Below are positions 39,020 through 49,310 of a stretch of 64,000 nt of DNA, piece after piece (position 1 is the first letter of the stretch; every line of letters begins with the position of its first letter). The stretch is from NCBI GenBank assembly GCA_963735965.1, contig CAVTNE010000010.1, forward strand, positions 230,503 to 294,502, in the 5' to 3' direction. The translations under genes and the position numbers were made by a program. The stretch comes from an uncultured Solirubrobacterales bacterium (GTDB taxonomy: Bacteria; Actinomycetota; Thermoleophilia; Solirubrobacterales; Solirubrobacteraceae). Below the pieces are notes generated by a model. That model was given only the letters and a program-made list of their open reading frames with translations. It was not told where the DNA came from and made no database searches.

Positions 39020-39500
39020 GCGACAGGCGGGAAAGGCGGCACCTGGGGAATGGGATCCCTGAGAGCCGGCCCGGTCGCCGGCCGGAAAGGCGGCACCTGG
39101 AGAAATGGGTGGGGTCCCGGGAGCCGCCCCGGTCGCCGGCCGCGCGGGCGACCGGGTGAGGGCGGGGACCTGCATGGTCTGACATTCGAGCTGGGGGGCG
39201 TGGAGCGTGTCAGACGACGCATCTGGGGCGTGCGCGGACTGCCAAGGTCTAGGTCGCCGGCGTCGATTGTCAGCTCTTGCAGGTCCGGGAGGCCCGGGGC
39301 GGTGGGGAGACCGCGGGTGCGGTGGCGGCGTGGAACATGCATGACACGGCAACGGAGCGGGTTTGGCTGGACTGTGCCGTGAAACGCGCGATATACGTGC
39401 GTAGCTCGGCAAGGTCACGACGAAGCGCGGCGATTGCCGTGTTATGCAGGTCGCCGGGGCGGTGGATCGTGTCGCGGGGGCGGTGGATCGTGTCGCGAGG
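39020..39500. repeat. Cluster of palindromic and direct repeats (REP/MITE-like)
   Basis: Two copies of GGAAAGGCGGCACCTGG; imperfect inverted repeats 39166-39184/39268-39286 and 39338-39352/39434-39448; two 21-bp copies of GGGGCGGTGGATCGTGTCGCG. Confidence 0.7.
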
Positions 39501-39540
39501 CCCGAGGGTGACGCCGGGCCGGGGCGGGCGGGGCCGCGGT

Positions 39541-39672
39541 GGCGCGGGACCCGACCGCCAGAGGCACGGGACCCGACCGCCAGAAGCGCGGGACCCGACC
39601 GCCAGAAGCGCGCCACCCGACCGCCAGAAGCGCGCCACCCGACCGCCAGAAGCACGCCACCCGACCGCCAGA
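39541..39672. repeat. Tandem repeat, 6 x 22 bp
   Basis: RGCRCGSSACCCGACCGCCAGA head to tail, no spacers. Confidence 0.92.
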
Positions 39673-39706
39673 AGCGGGGAGCGCGGGAACGGACCGGTGG
39701 CGCGGC

Positions 39707-40634
39707 TCAGGCCGGGCGGTCCAGGACGTTGCGCAGCGCCGGCTCCAGCTCGGGATACCGGAAGTGGTACCCGAGCTGGTCGAGGCGCGCAGGCATCGCC
39801 CGCTGGCCGGTCACGACGATCTCGGCCATCTCGCCATAGAGCGCCTTCAGCGCCAGCGCCGGCACGGGCAGGAACGCCGGCCGTTTCAGCACCCGCCCCA
39901 GGGTCCGCGAGAGCTCGGTGTTCGTCACCGGCGTTGGGGCGGTCAGGTTCACCGGGCCGGTGGCGTCGTGGTTGCCCAGGCAGAAGGCCATGGCGCCGAC
40001 GACGTCGTCGAGGTGCACCCACGGGACGTACTGGCGGCCGCCGGCGACCGGTCCGCCGATCCCGAGACGGAAGAACGGGAGCATCTTGGCGAGCGCGCCG
40101 CCCTCACCGGACAACACCACACCCGTGCGCGTGACCGCCACTCGGACGCCGGAAGACGCGGCCGCGAGGGCCTCGCGCTCCCATCCCACGACGACCCCGG
40201 CCAGGAAATCACTCCCTGCCGGCGCAGCCTCGTCGATGGGCTCCGGCCCGCGGGGGCCGTAATACCCGGTTGCGGATTGCGAGACGAGCGTCGCTGGACG
40301 GACGTCGGGCGAGCAGCGACGTCAGCCCCTGGACGAGGAACCGCGTCGACGCCACTCGCGACTCGCGGATCGCTGCCTTCGCTTCGTCGTTCCAGCGCTG
40401 CGCCACCGGCGCGCCGATCAGGTGCACGACCGCGTCTGCGCCGGCGAGCGCGTCCGACGGTGGCGGCTCGGCAAGAGGATCAGGCCAGGCGTGCACGACG
40501 ACGCGATCGTCGAGCGCCCGGCGGCCGCGCTCGGGATCTCGGGACAGCCCCACCACCTCCTCCCCACGAGCCAGCAGCGCGGACACGAGTGAGCGCCCGA
40601 TCATCCCGGTGGCGCCAGTGACAACGACACGCAT
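39707..40634 (-). CDS. TIGR01777-family NAD-dependent epimerase/oxidoreductase, frameshifted near 40313
   Basis: TGATGMIG N-terminus; after a one-base shift SQSATGYYG...DFLA...WERE...RTGVVL...WVHLDD...GPVNLTAP. Confidence 0.85.
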
Positions 40635-40674
40635 GAGACCGACGATACCCGCGGGATCGATAGCTAGACGCGCG

Positions 40675-41652
40675 CTACGACCAGATCTCGTCGAACAGCG
40701 CCTGGTCGAAGGGCACGAGCCAGCACTCGGCGATCCGCCCCTCGACCACTCGGAACACGCCGACGGTCTCCCACGAAACCTCACGTCCCTCACGCACCGC
40801 CTGTCCGCCGGCGAGTTGAACCACTCGTCCCGCGATCATCGCCGTTCCGTGGACGGTGACGCGAAACGTGGAGTCGGTGATCCGCCGGCGAGTCTCCATG
40901 TACGAAAGCACGGCGTCGACGCCGCGATGCTCGCCGGCGATCGGGCTCGTCCCGGGCACATGCCACACGACGTCCGACGCCAACACCTCACGCAGAGAAT
41001 CCGCCGAGGCAGAACCGGCGTACACGCGGGCCTGGAGATCGTAGAAACGGCGTACAACCGACACGGGGTCCGCCGCACCCGGCGCCGACCCCAGCGAAAC
41101 CGACGCCAGTGCCTCGTACCGCGCGCCACCCGCCCCCAGCCGCGACCGGTAGAGCGTCACACGCGAGCACCGCACCCCCAAATCATCTGGTGGTCCCGGC
41201 AGCGAGACCGGCCGGACCCTCGCGTCGCGGCCGACGCGCGCCACCGTGACGTGTGCCAGGAAGGGCCTGGACTCCGGCGCGTACCACCCGCCGGCGACGA
41301 GCGCCGCAGACAGCACCGATTGAATGCGCGCGATAACCCCGTCGGGATCCGACAGCGTCACCGCCAGCACTCGCGGGCGGCGCGTTGGCAACCACAGCGC
41401 CGAACCGAAACCCGAATCCGCCATCGGCTCGCCCGCGGCCACCCCGCACGCCGCGGCGATCTGATCGATCTCGCCCTCTGGGCGTGAGCCGAGGAAGCAC
41501 AGGGTGGCGTGCAGGTCTTCGGGACGGACGGGACGCAACCCCGGCACGTCGGCGAGCACGGCGGATCGCCACGAAGCCAGCGTGTCCCGCGCAGCGTCAG
41601 GAAGCTCGAGAGCTACGAACAGCCGAGCGGTCGCCGCGCCCGACCGGCTCAC
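40675..41652 (-). CDS. thpR: RNA 2',3'-cyclic phosphodiesterase fused to an NTF2/SnoaL-like domain
   Basis: RLFVAL and two HxT motifs (HATL, HVTV), then in frame VVRRFY...[18 protein letters not shown]...GRIAECW...DQALFDEIW. Confidence 0.82.
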   Translation of the reverse strand: MSRSGAATARLFVALELPDAARDTLASWRSAVLADVPGLRPVRPEDLHATLCFLGSRPEGEIDQIAAACGVAAGEPMADSGFGSALWLPTRRPRVLAVTLSDPDGVIARIQSVLSAALVAGGWYAPESRPFLAHVTVARVGRDARVRPVSLPGPPDDLGVRCSRVTLYRSRLGAGGARYEALASVSLGSAPGAADPVSVVRRFYDLQARVYAGSASADSLREVLASDVVWHVPGTSPIAGEHRGVDAVLSYMETRRRITDSTFRVTVHGTAMIAGRVVQLAGGQAVREGREVSWETVGVFRVVEGRIAECWLVPFDQALFDEIWS

Positions 41653-42983
41653 GCCCGCTCGGCCCGGGCACCCGCCTCGGGAACGGCCGCTTGCCCTTCC
41701 ACAAGGAGCCGGCGGAGCAGATGCATGGCGACCGTCGTCGAGCGCTCGCGGACGTCCGACCGGTTCCCGGGGAGCCGCGTGCGGCGGGTGATGCGCGCGC
41801 CGTCGGGTCCGCACACCGAGAAGCACACCGTGCCCACCGGCTTCTCCTCGGTGCCGCCGTCGGGACCGGCGATCCCGGTGATCCCGATCCCGTAGGCAGC
41901 GTCGAACCGTGCGGCGGCGCCCGAAGCGAGCGCCTCGGCCACCTCGGTGGACACCGCCCCGAATCGCACAATCAGGTCCGGATCGACGTCGGCCAAAGCA
42001 ACCTTGGCCTCGTTCGAGTACACGACGACGCCGCCGGCGAAGTAGGCCGAGGATCCCGGCAGCTCGGTCAGCCGCGCCGACATCAGCCCACCGGTGCACG
42101 ACTCCGCCACGGCGACCATGCGCGAACCCAGGAGCTTGGCCACCTGCGAGTCGACGGTCGACCCGTCGCGCGAGAACAGTTGCTCGCCGTGCCGGGACGC
42201 GACGAATTCGACGAACGTCCGATACGCATCGTCGGCAAAAGGCTCGTACCGCGTCGCGATCTCGATCTCCCCACGGCGCAGACAGGTCGTGATCTCCAGC
42301 TCCTCCAGCGGCACGCCCGCGGCGTCGGCATCCCGGAGCGTGTTCGCGATCTCGGACTCCGGTATCCCGTACAGGCGCAAGATCGCTCGCCGGTACGAGC
42401 GGGCTCCGGCGATCGCCGCCTGGAACGCCTCGGTCGAGCGCGCCATCTCCCACATCTCGTGGAGCTCGCGCGGCGGTCCCGGGAGCACGACGACCGTCGG
42501 CCCCGATCCGGAAGCCGGCGGCACCACCAGCCCCGGCGCCGTGCCCACAGGGTCGAGAACCGTAGCCCCGGCCGGAACCACGGCCTGCTTGCGGTTCGCC
42601 GACCGAACAGCCTCCAAGTCGAGGCCCGGCCAGCGGCTCATCAGCGGGCGGAGGATCTCGGTGATCTTCTCCTCGAGCTCCGCGTCGAGGATCATCTCGC
42701 GTCCGGCGAACTCGCCCACGATCTCGGCGGTGAGATCGTCGGCGGTCGGGCCCAACCCGCCGCTCGTCACGATCAACGCCATCCCCTGGGCAGCCATGTA
42801 CCGGAGCGCCGCCACGAGGTCACCGGGCCGGTCGCCGACGATCTGGATCATGGCGGCGTCGACCCCGATCTCGAGCAGGCGCTCGGATAGCCACGGTCCG
42901 TTGCGGTCGGAGATTATCCCCGTCAGGACCTCCGTGCCGGTGACCAATATCCCGGCCCGAGGGCCGCCCGCGGACCCGCTCAT
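41649..42983 (-). CDS. cinA: Competence/damage-inducible protein CinA
   Basis: GTEVLTG...[35 protein letters not shown]. Confidence 0.93.
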   Translation of the reverse strand: MSGSAGGPRAGILVTGTEVLTGIISDRNGPWLSERLLEIGVDAAMIQIVGDRPGDLVAALRYMAAQGMALIVTSGGLGPTADDLTAEIVGEFAGREMILDAELEEKITEILRPLMSRWPGLDLEAVRSANRKQAVVPAGATVLDPVGTAPGLVVPPASGSGPTVVVLPGPPRELHEMWEMARSTEAFQAAIAGARSYRRAILRLYGIPESEIANTLRDADAAGVPLEELEITTCLRRGEIEIATRYEPFADDAYRTFVEFVASRHGEQLFSRDGSTVDSQVAKLLGSRMVAVAESCTGGLMSARLTELPGSSAYFAGGVVVYSNEAKVALADVDPDLIVRFGAVSTEVAEALASGAAARFDAAYGIGITGIAGPDGGTEEKPVGTVCFSVCGPDGARITRRTRLPGNRSDVRERSTTVAMHLLRRLLVEGQAAVPEAGARAERA

Positions 42984-43768
42984 GCGCACGTCGGCAGCTG
43001 ACCTGCCGGCAACGGACTCGTCTTCCCCGGCGTCAGCGAGTACCCGATCGGCGACCCCACGGTGGGGGTCACGGACTTGCCGTTCACCTTCATCTGCACG
43101 GAATCGTTACCCAACGTCACCATGAGCTTCTTCGCGGTCGCGATCGGGATCGTCTGCCCGGACGTGAAGATCACGCCCGGTATCAGCTTCTTGCCGTTGC
43201 CGTCCTCGACGCAGACATACACCGAGCTCGTGGGCACTAGCTTGAGGGTCACGGTCGTCGGCTTCGGCGGAGGCGCCGGCCGGTGGTGGTGCGTCGTCGA
43301 GGTGTGGGTCGACGACGACGTCGTACCGCGCGCGCTCGTATTGGTCGACGGTGGCGGCGTGGTCGAGCTCGCGTTGTTGTTGTTCTTGCTCAGGCTTCCG
43401 ACGAAGAACAGCGCGACGACGACGGCCGCCAGCACGAGCACGACCGCGGCCGCGGGCCCGAACCGAGGGCGGCGGCGCCTACGCTCGCGCTCGCGCCCGA
43501 GCGAGCTGATCGGGCGCAGGTCCTGGTCGGCCGGGCGCTCGTAGCGACGCTTGTACTCGTCGATGAGCGCCCGCGTATCGAGGCCCAGGAACTCGCCGTA
43601 CGTTCGCAGGAAGCTCTTTACGTACACGGGGCCTGGCAGCAGGTCCCATTCCTCGTTCTCGATCGCGCGCAGGTACTTGGCGCGGATCTTGGTGCGGGCT
43701 TCCACCTCGCTGATGTCGATCCGCGCGCGGATTCGCGCCTCTCGCAGTGTGGTGCCGATATCGGCCAT
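42980..43768 (-). CDS. RodZ-like HTH membrane protein
   Basis: IGTTLREAR...[11 protein letters not shown]...[14 protein letters not shown] helix, S/T/P linker, DUF4115-like C-terminus. Confidence 0.82.
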   Translation of the reverse strand: MADIGTTLREARIRARIDISEVEARTKIRAKYLRAIENEEWDLLPGPVYVKSFLRTYGEFLGLDTRALIDEYKRRYERPADQDLRPISSLGRERERRRRRPRFGPAAAVVLVLAAVVVALFFVGSLSKNNNNASSTTPPPSTNTSARGTTSSSTHTSTTHHHRPAPPPKPTTVTLKLVPTSSVYVCVEDGNGKKLIPGVIFTSGQTIPIATAKKLMVTLGNDSVQMKVNGKSVTPTVGSPIGYSLTPGKTSPLPAGQLPTCA

Positions 43769-43893
43769 CCGCCTGCGAAGGCTAGTACGACCTTCCTCAA
43801 CCACGTTCGGTCCAGTCGGCGTCTCGCCGCCCGTGGCGGCGTCCTCGCTCGGTCACGTGCCGGCTACGCCGCTCGCGCTGGCCGCGCAAGGGA

Positions 43894-46378
43894 CTAGTGC
43901 TCTTCGTCGACGTCGTCTGGGACGCGGACCGGAGGCGCAGCCGCCGGCCCGTCGGCCTCCGCCAGATGGGACAGAATCCGGGGCACGTCGGCTTCGGTGA
44001 TCAGCACCTGGCGGGGCTTCGAGCCCTCGTAGCCGGAGATGATCCCGCGGCGTTCGAGCATGTCGATCAGCCTTCCCGCCCGCGTGTAGCCCAGCCGCAA
44101 CCTCCGTTGCAGCATCGAGGTCGACGCGGTGCCCATCTGAGCCACCAGCGCGATCGCCTCGTCGAGCAGGGGGTCCTCGTCGGGGTTGAACTCCGAGGAG
44201 TCCTCCGAAGACCCGGAACCGCCATCGTCGGACTCGACCTCCTCGAGCAGCTCGTCGCGGAACTCGGGCTCGCCCTGACGCCGCCACGCCTCGGTGAGCT
44301 CGGCGATCTGCTCCTCGTCGATGTAGGCGCCCTGGATCCGCTGGAGCTTGCTCGAGCCCACGGGCGAGAACAGCATGTCGCCCTGGCCGAGGAGCGACTC
44401 GGCGCCGTTGTGGTCGAGGATCACGCGCGAATCCGTCTGGGAAGAAACCGCAAACGCGATCCGCGAGGGAACGTTCGCCTTGATCATCCCGGTGATCACG
44501 TCGACTCGCGGCGACTGGGTCGCCAAGAGCAGATGGATCCCCACTGCGCGCGCCTTCTGCGCCAGCCGGATGATCGAGTCCTCGACGTCGGCCGGCGCGA
44601 CCATCATCAGGTCGGCGAGCTCGTCGATCACGCACAGGATGTAGGGAAGCGGCGGCTCGCCCCGCTTCTCCCGCGCCCGGTTGAGCTCGGGCAACGAGCG
44701 CGTGCGCGCGAGCGACATCGTCCCGTAACGCTGCTCCATCTCCTTCACGAGGTTCTGTAGCGCGTTGGCCGCCATCCGGGGGCTGGTGATCACCGGCGTG
44801 AGCAGGTGCGGAATGCCCTCGTAGTGGTTGAGCTCGACCTGCTTCGGGTCGACGAGGACAAGTCCGGACCTCGTGCGGCGTCGCCCGAAGCAAGATGCTC
44901 GACAGCATCGCGTTTACGCACGCCGACTTGCCGGCGCCCGTGGTGCCGGCGACGAGCAGATGCGGCATCTTCGCCAGGTCGGCGCCGATCGCTCGGCCCG
45001 CGATGTCCTTGCCGAGCCAGACCGTCAACGGCGACCAGTCGGGCGGCGGGTCCTGGAACACGTCGCCCAGATGGACGATCCGCCGGCGTGCGTTCGGGAC
45101 CTCGACGCCGACCGCCGTCTTCCCCGGAATCGGCGCCAGGATCCGGATGTCGGTCGCCGCGAGCGCGTACGCGAGGTCGTCTTTGAGCTGCGCGACCTTC
45201 GAAACCTTCGTCCCCGGCGCCAGCCGGATCTCGTAACGGGTGATGTGCGGACCGGTGACGCGGCCGATCACCTTTGCCTCGATCCCGAAGTGGCCTAGCG
45301 TCTCGATCAACGCGGCCGCCACCTGTTCCTGGCCCGCGGTGTCCGGCTTGGCCGCCTCGCCGGTCGAACGGACGAGGAACCGTGAGCGAGGCACGTGCCA
45401 GACGAAGCTCGGGTCGTCCGTGACGCTCGCGCGGTAGCGGCCCTGTGGAGTCAGTTCATCGGGCGAGGGCGCCTCGGCCCGCTCGCCCTCGGGCTCGGGC
45501 GCGTCTGGCTCGAGCGCCCCTGCCTCTGGAAGACGCTGAGCCAGAGGCTCGGGCTGGTCGTCATCGTCAGCGCCGAGATCCATCGGAGGCGGCGCCTCCA
45601 CATGGGTGGCGCGGATGACGAGCTCCGAGGTATCGGGCTCGGGCGGCAGCAGCGGCTCGACCGGCTCGTCCTCTCCGCCGGCGGATCGCGCGACCCGCGC
45701 CCGAGCTGCCGCCGTGGCCGGCCGGCGTGCCGCGGCAGGCGTCCCGGCTCCCGAGCGCCGCAGCACACGCGTCGTGCCGGCGACCCCGGCGCGCCCCGCG
45801 CGAACCACACCCGCGACGCCCGCTCCCGTGACCAGGATCAGCCCGGCGATGAACAGGAACACCGCGAGGATGTCGGCGCCCACGGTCGAGACCAGGTGCG
45901 AGGTGACCCACAGCTCACCCTGTCCGAGCACGCCACCGCGCCGCTCGAACAGAGACGCGCGCCAGAACTCAGAAGAGGGAACCTGACCCGGCCCCACGCC
46001 CAAAGTCCCCGCAGCCAGCGCGAGCGTGATCGAGCACGTCAGGCAGATCGTGCCCGTCCGCAGCGGCCGTCCGGGCGGCCGCATCTCACGCATCAGCACT
46101 AGTGCCCCGGCGATGACCAAAGCCGAAGGAACGACGTACCCGAGCGCCCCGAACAGGAACCGGAAGCCCGTGACCGCGCCGTTCCCGAGCGTGCCTCCGT
46201 CCCAATCGGCGTAGGCCACGCCCCCGAGCAGGATGCCGACGGCGATCAGTCCGAGCCCGAAGATGTCGACGTGGTGCGGCTCGATCTCCACGTGCGGAAG
46301 CCGCACGGTTGGCAGCCCAGCCAGGAGCGAGCGCGTCGCGCGCTTGGGCGGCGGCTTCTTTCGCTTGCGGGCGGCCAT
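43894..46378 (-). CDS. ftsK: DNA translocase FtsK, frameshifted near 44864
   Basis: N-terminal TMs and PHLLVAGTTGAGKS; after a one-base shift LVDPKQVEL, IDELADLMM, ATQSP, GAESLLGQGDML and gamma domain (LQRRLRLGYTRAGRL). Confidence 0.92.
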
Positions 46379-46408
46379 TTGCGAGGGACCCCCTTCGACG
46401 CGCCCGGC

Positions 46409-46507
46409 CCGCTTCCTCCCGCAGTCGAGGGCCCCAAACGTCCGCTTCCTCCCGCAGCCGAGGGCCCCAAACGTCCGCTTCCTCCCGCAGCCGACGGCCG
46501 CAAACGC
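46409..46507. repeat. Tandem repeat, 3 x 33 bp
   Basis: CCGCTTCCTCCCGCAGYCGASGGCCSCAAACGY in the divergent ftsK/response-regulator spacer. Confidence 0.9.
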
Positions 46508-46546
46508 GCAGAAACTAATCGCGCGCCGTACCATCTGCACACAGAA

Positions 46547-47236
46547 ATGACGGACTACGAGCGGACACCCCGCGTCCTCGTCGTCGAGGACGACGACGCG
46601 ATCGCCCAAGTGCTCCAGCGCTCGCTACGGATGGAGGGCTACGAGGTCCGGATCGCCGGCGACGGAACCACGGCGCTGAATGAGGCCCACGGGTTCCTGC
46701 CCGACCTGCTGATCCTCGACCTCGGCCTGCCCGGCATCGACGGCGTCGAGGTCGCCAAGACACTCCGTCAGACCGGCGACGACGTTCCGATCCTCGTATT
46801 GACCGCGCGGGACGGCGTCGAGGCGCGCGTCGAGGGGCTCGACGCCGGCGCCGACGATTACCTCGTCAAGCCGTTCGAGCGTCAGGAACTGCTGGCCCGT
46901 CTCCGCGCATTGCTGCGACGCCGACCGCCGCGAGGCCAGGCGACGCTGACGATGAGCGATCTCAAGCTCAACCCGGACACCCACGAGGTCACCCGGTCGG
47001 GCCGGACGATCGACCTGACCCAGCGCGAGTTCGAACTGCTCGAGTACCTGATGCGCAACGAACGGATCGTGATCTCGCGCCAGCGACTGCTCGACGAGGT
47101 GTGGGGCTATGACCCGTTCTCGATGACGAATACGATCGAGGTGTTCGTCTCCAACCTGCGAAGGAAGCTGGAAGCCGGTGGCGAGCCGAGGCTCCTACAT
47201 ACGATCCGCGGCGCGGGCTACGTTCTCCGCGTATAG
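46547..47236 (+). CDS. OmpR-family response regulator (MprA/PrrA-like)
   Basis: VVEDD, LDLGLP, DDYLVKPF, NTIEVFVSNLRRKLE, TIRGAGY. Confidence 0.94.
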   Translation: MTDYERTPRVLVVEDDDAIAQVLQRSLRMEGYEVRIAGDGTTALNEAHGFLPDLLILDLGLPGIDGVEVAKTLRQTGDDVPILVLTARDGVEARVEGLDAGADDYLVKPFERQELLARLRALLRRRPPRGQATLTMSDLKLNPDTHEVTRSGRTIDLTQREFELLEYLMRNERIVISRQRLLDEVWGYDPFSMTNTIEVFVSNLRRKLEAGGEPRLLHTIRGAGYVLRV

Positions 47237-48707
47237 GTCGATCCCGATCCGCTGGCGGCTGGCCGGCGGCTCGGCGATGTTGACCTGCGTGATCCTCGCG
47301 AGCTTCGCCGCGATCGTCGGCGTGCTCACCGACCGCCAGCTCCGCGGCCAGTTCAACGACGAAGTCCGGGCCAACTCCGAGCAGCTGGCCCAGAACATCA
47401 AGCTGAAGTGGATCGGCAACAGCGGGAACCTCAAGTGCAACCAGGAGGTCTCGCTCAAGGACTACGCGAGCGCCGAGCACGTTCAGATCAGGATCTTCAA
47501 CCAGGCCGGCCTGCTTCTGTGCACGCAGGACGAGGTGCGCATCAAGGGGGTGAAGTCGCTGTCGGCGACGCCGTTCTTCCCGCTCCCGTCGAGGGAAGGG
47601 ACGGTTCAGGAGGGCGGCTACCGGGTCGTCGCGACCCAGCTCGGAGTGGAGCACAGCCCGGTGTGGCTGCTGTACGCGCGCCCGTTGTCCGACGTCGACC
47701 GCACGATCGCGCGCGTCCAGGTGATCCTCCTGCTCGGGGTGCTCGGCGGTACCGTGCTCGCGCTGCTCGGCGGGCTCGCGACCGCTGCGCGCGCGATGCG
47801 CCCGATCGTGCAGCTGACCGAGGCCGCGCGCGAGATCGAACGGACGCGCGACCCCAGGCTCCACCTGCCCCTCCCCGAGGCCGACGACGAGGTCGCGGAG
47901 CTTGCCCGCACGGTCGAGGGGATGCTCTCCTCGCTCGACGCCGCGCGTGGCGAGACCCACGCCGCGCTCGAGCGCCAGCGCGAGTTCGTCGCCGACGCCT
48001 CGCACGAGCTGCGCACGCCGCTCACGAGCCTGCTCGCCAACCTCGAGCTGCTCGCCGAGGAACTCGACGGAGAGCAGGCCGACACCGCCGAGGCGGCGTT
48101 GCGGTCCGCGCGGCGGATGCGGCGCCTCGTCGGCGACCTGCTCCTGCTCGCGCGGGCGGACGCCCGCCGGCCTGTGTCGCGGGGTCCGACCGATCTCGCC
48201 GACGTGCTGCTCGAGGCCGCCTCCGAGCTCGGGCCGATGGCCGAGGACCACGAGCTGTCGATCGACGCTTGCGCGGCGGTCGTGCCCGGCGTGCGCGACG
48301 ACCTGCACCGCCTGACGCTCAACCTGATCGAGAACGCGGCGCGCCACACTCCCCCGGGCACGCACATCCGCGCGGCCACCGCGGTCGACGACGGAGTGGC
48401 GGTGTTGACCGTCGAGGACGACGGGCCGGGGATCCCACCCGAGCTCGGCAAGCGCGTGTTCGACCGCTTCGTCCGTGGCGCGGGCACGGGCACACGCGGC
48501 TCCGGCCTCGGCCTCGCGATCGTGCGCGCCGTCGCCGAGTCCCACGGAGGCTCGGTCACGCTCGAGCACCCCGACGCCGGCACCGACGCGGGCAACGACG
48601 CCGGCACCGGAACGCGATTCGTGATCCGCATCCCCCGCGACCCGACCGCCGCCGCGAAGCCGCCCACGGCCATCGCCGGCAACGGTCGCCGCCGCACCCG
48701 GAAATAG
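47235..48707 (+). CDS. Sensor histidine kinase
   Basis: IRWRL TM entry, HAMP, ADASHELRTPL, NLIENA, DDGPGI, GSGLGLAI. Start codon uncertain. Confidence 0.9.
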   Translation, partial: RSIPIRWRLAGGSAMLTCVILASFAAIVGVLTDRQLRGQFNDEVRANSEQLAQNIKLKWIGNSGNLKCNQEVSLKDYASAEHVQIRIFNQAGLLLCTQDEVRIKGVKSLSATPFFPLPSREGTVQEGGYRVVATQLGVEHSPVWLLYARPLSDVDRTIARVQVILLLGVLGGTVLALLGGLATAARAMRPIVQLTEAAREIERTRDPRLHLPLPEADDEVAELARTVEGMLSSLDAARGETHAALERQREFVADASHELRTPLTSLLANLELLAEELDGEQADTAEAALRSARRMRRLVGDLLLLARADARRPVSRGPTDLADVLLEAASELGPMAEDHELSIDACAAVVPGVRDDLHRLTLNLIENAARHTPPGTHIRAATAVDDGVAVLTVEDDGPGIPPELGKRVFDRFVRGAGTGTRGSGLGLAIVRAVAESHGGSVTLEHPDAGTDAGNDAGTGTRFVIRIPRDPTAAAKPPTAIAGNGRRRTRK

Positions 48708-48709
48708 CC

Positions 48710-48763
48710 CGTAAGGCGCGTCAGGCGCGTAAGGCGCGTAAGGCGCGTAAGGCGCGTAAGGTA
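48710..48763. repeat. Tandem repeat, about 6 x 9 bp (CGTAAGGCG)
   Basis: Directly visible between the kinase stop and the MarR promoter. Confidence 0.9.
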
Positions 48764-48784
48764 GCCGCGCTAACGCTGCTATCA

Positions 48785-48806
48785 TTGCTTGCCGATAAGC
48801 AAGCAA
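48785..48806. promoter_or_regulatory. Candidate MarR operator
   Basis: Perfect palindrome TTGCTTGC-N6-GCAAGCAA abutting ATG 48807. Confidence 0.7.
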
Positions 48807-49310
48807 ATGATTCAGTACGAGCCCGCCACCCATACCCCGCCCGACACACTCCCTGACACGCCGCCTGACATCGACATCGACACCACCGCGCGCCTCCGCG
48901 CGGTCATCGGGCGACTGTCTCGGCGCCTGCGCCCCACCGCCGCCGCCGTCGCGGCCGGGCTCACCCCGACCAAGATCTCGATCCTCCTGAGCGTGGCCCG
49001 AGAGGGCCCGATCCGGCTCTCGGACCTGTCAAGCGCCGAAGGCGTCAATCCCACCCAGCTTTCGCGGACGATCGCGCACCTGGTCGACGCGGGTCTGATC
49101 GAGCGCGCGGCCGACGAGGGTGACCGGCGTGCCGCGTGGGTGAAGCCGACGCCCGCGGGCCGGCGCCTCGCCGACCGGATCCGCCGCGAGCGCACCGACG
49201 CACTGAACCTCGCGCTCCAAGACCTGGACCCGCGAGAGCGCGCTCAGATCATCGCCGCCCTCGACGGGCTCGAGCACCTCGCCGAGCAGCTCAAGGGGGC
49301 GCAGTCTTGA
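48807..49310 (+). CDS. MarR-family transcriptional regulator
   Basis: LSRTIAHLVDAGLIER...DRRAAWVKPTPAG winged helix. Confidence 0.9.
   Translation: MIQYEPATHTPPDTLPDTPPDIDIDTTARLRAVIGRLSRRLRPTAAAVAAGLTPTKISILLSVAREGPIRLSDLSSAEGVNPTQLSRTIAHLVDAGLIERAADEGDRRAAWVKPTPAGRRLADRIRRERTDALNLALQDLDPRERAQIIAALDGLEHLAEQLKGAQS

Noticed and set aside
39541-39672. Possible CRISPR array
   Set aside because: Units are head to tail with no unique spacers, and no cas genes are present.
38812-39839. ORFs across the recA upstream spacer
   Set aside because: Low-complexity translations of repeats with no recognisable domain.
44855-44870. Programmed frameshift in ftsK
   Set aside because: No slippery heptamer or homopolymer run; similar lesions elsewhere point to sequence error.
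46409-46507. Possible mini-CRISPR (33-bp repeats)
   Set aside because: No spacers between copies; simple tandem repeat.
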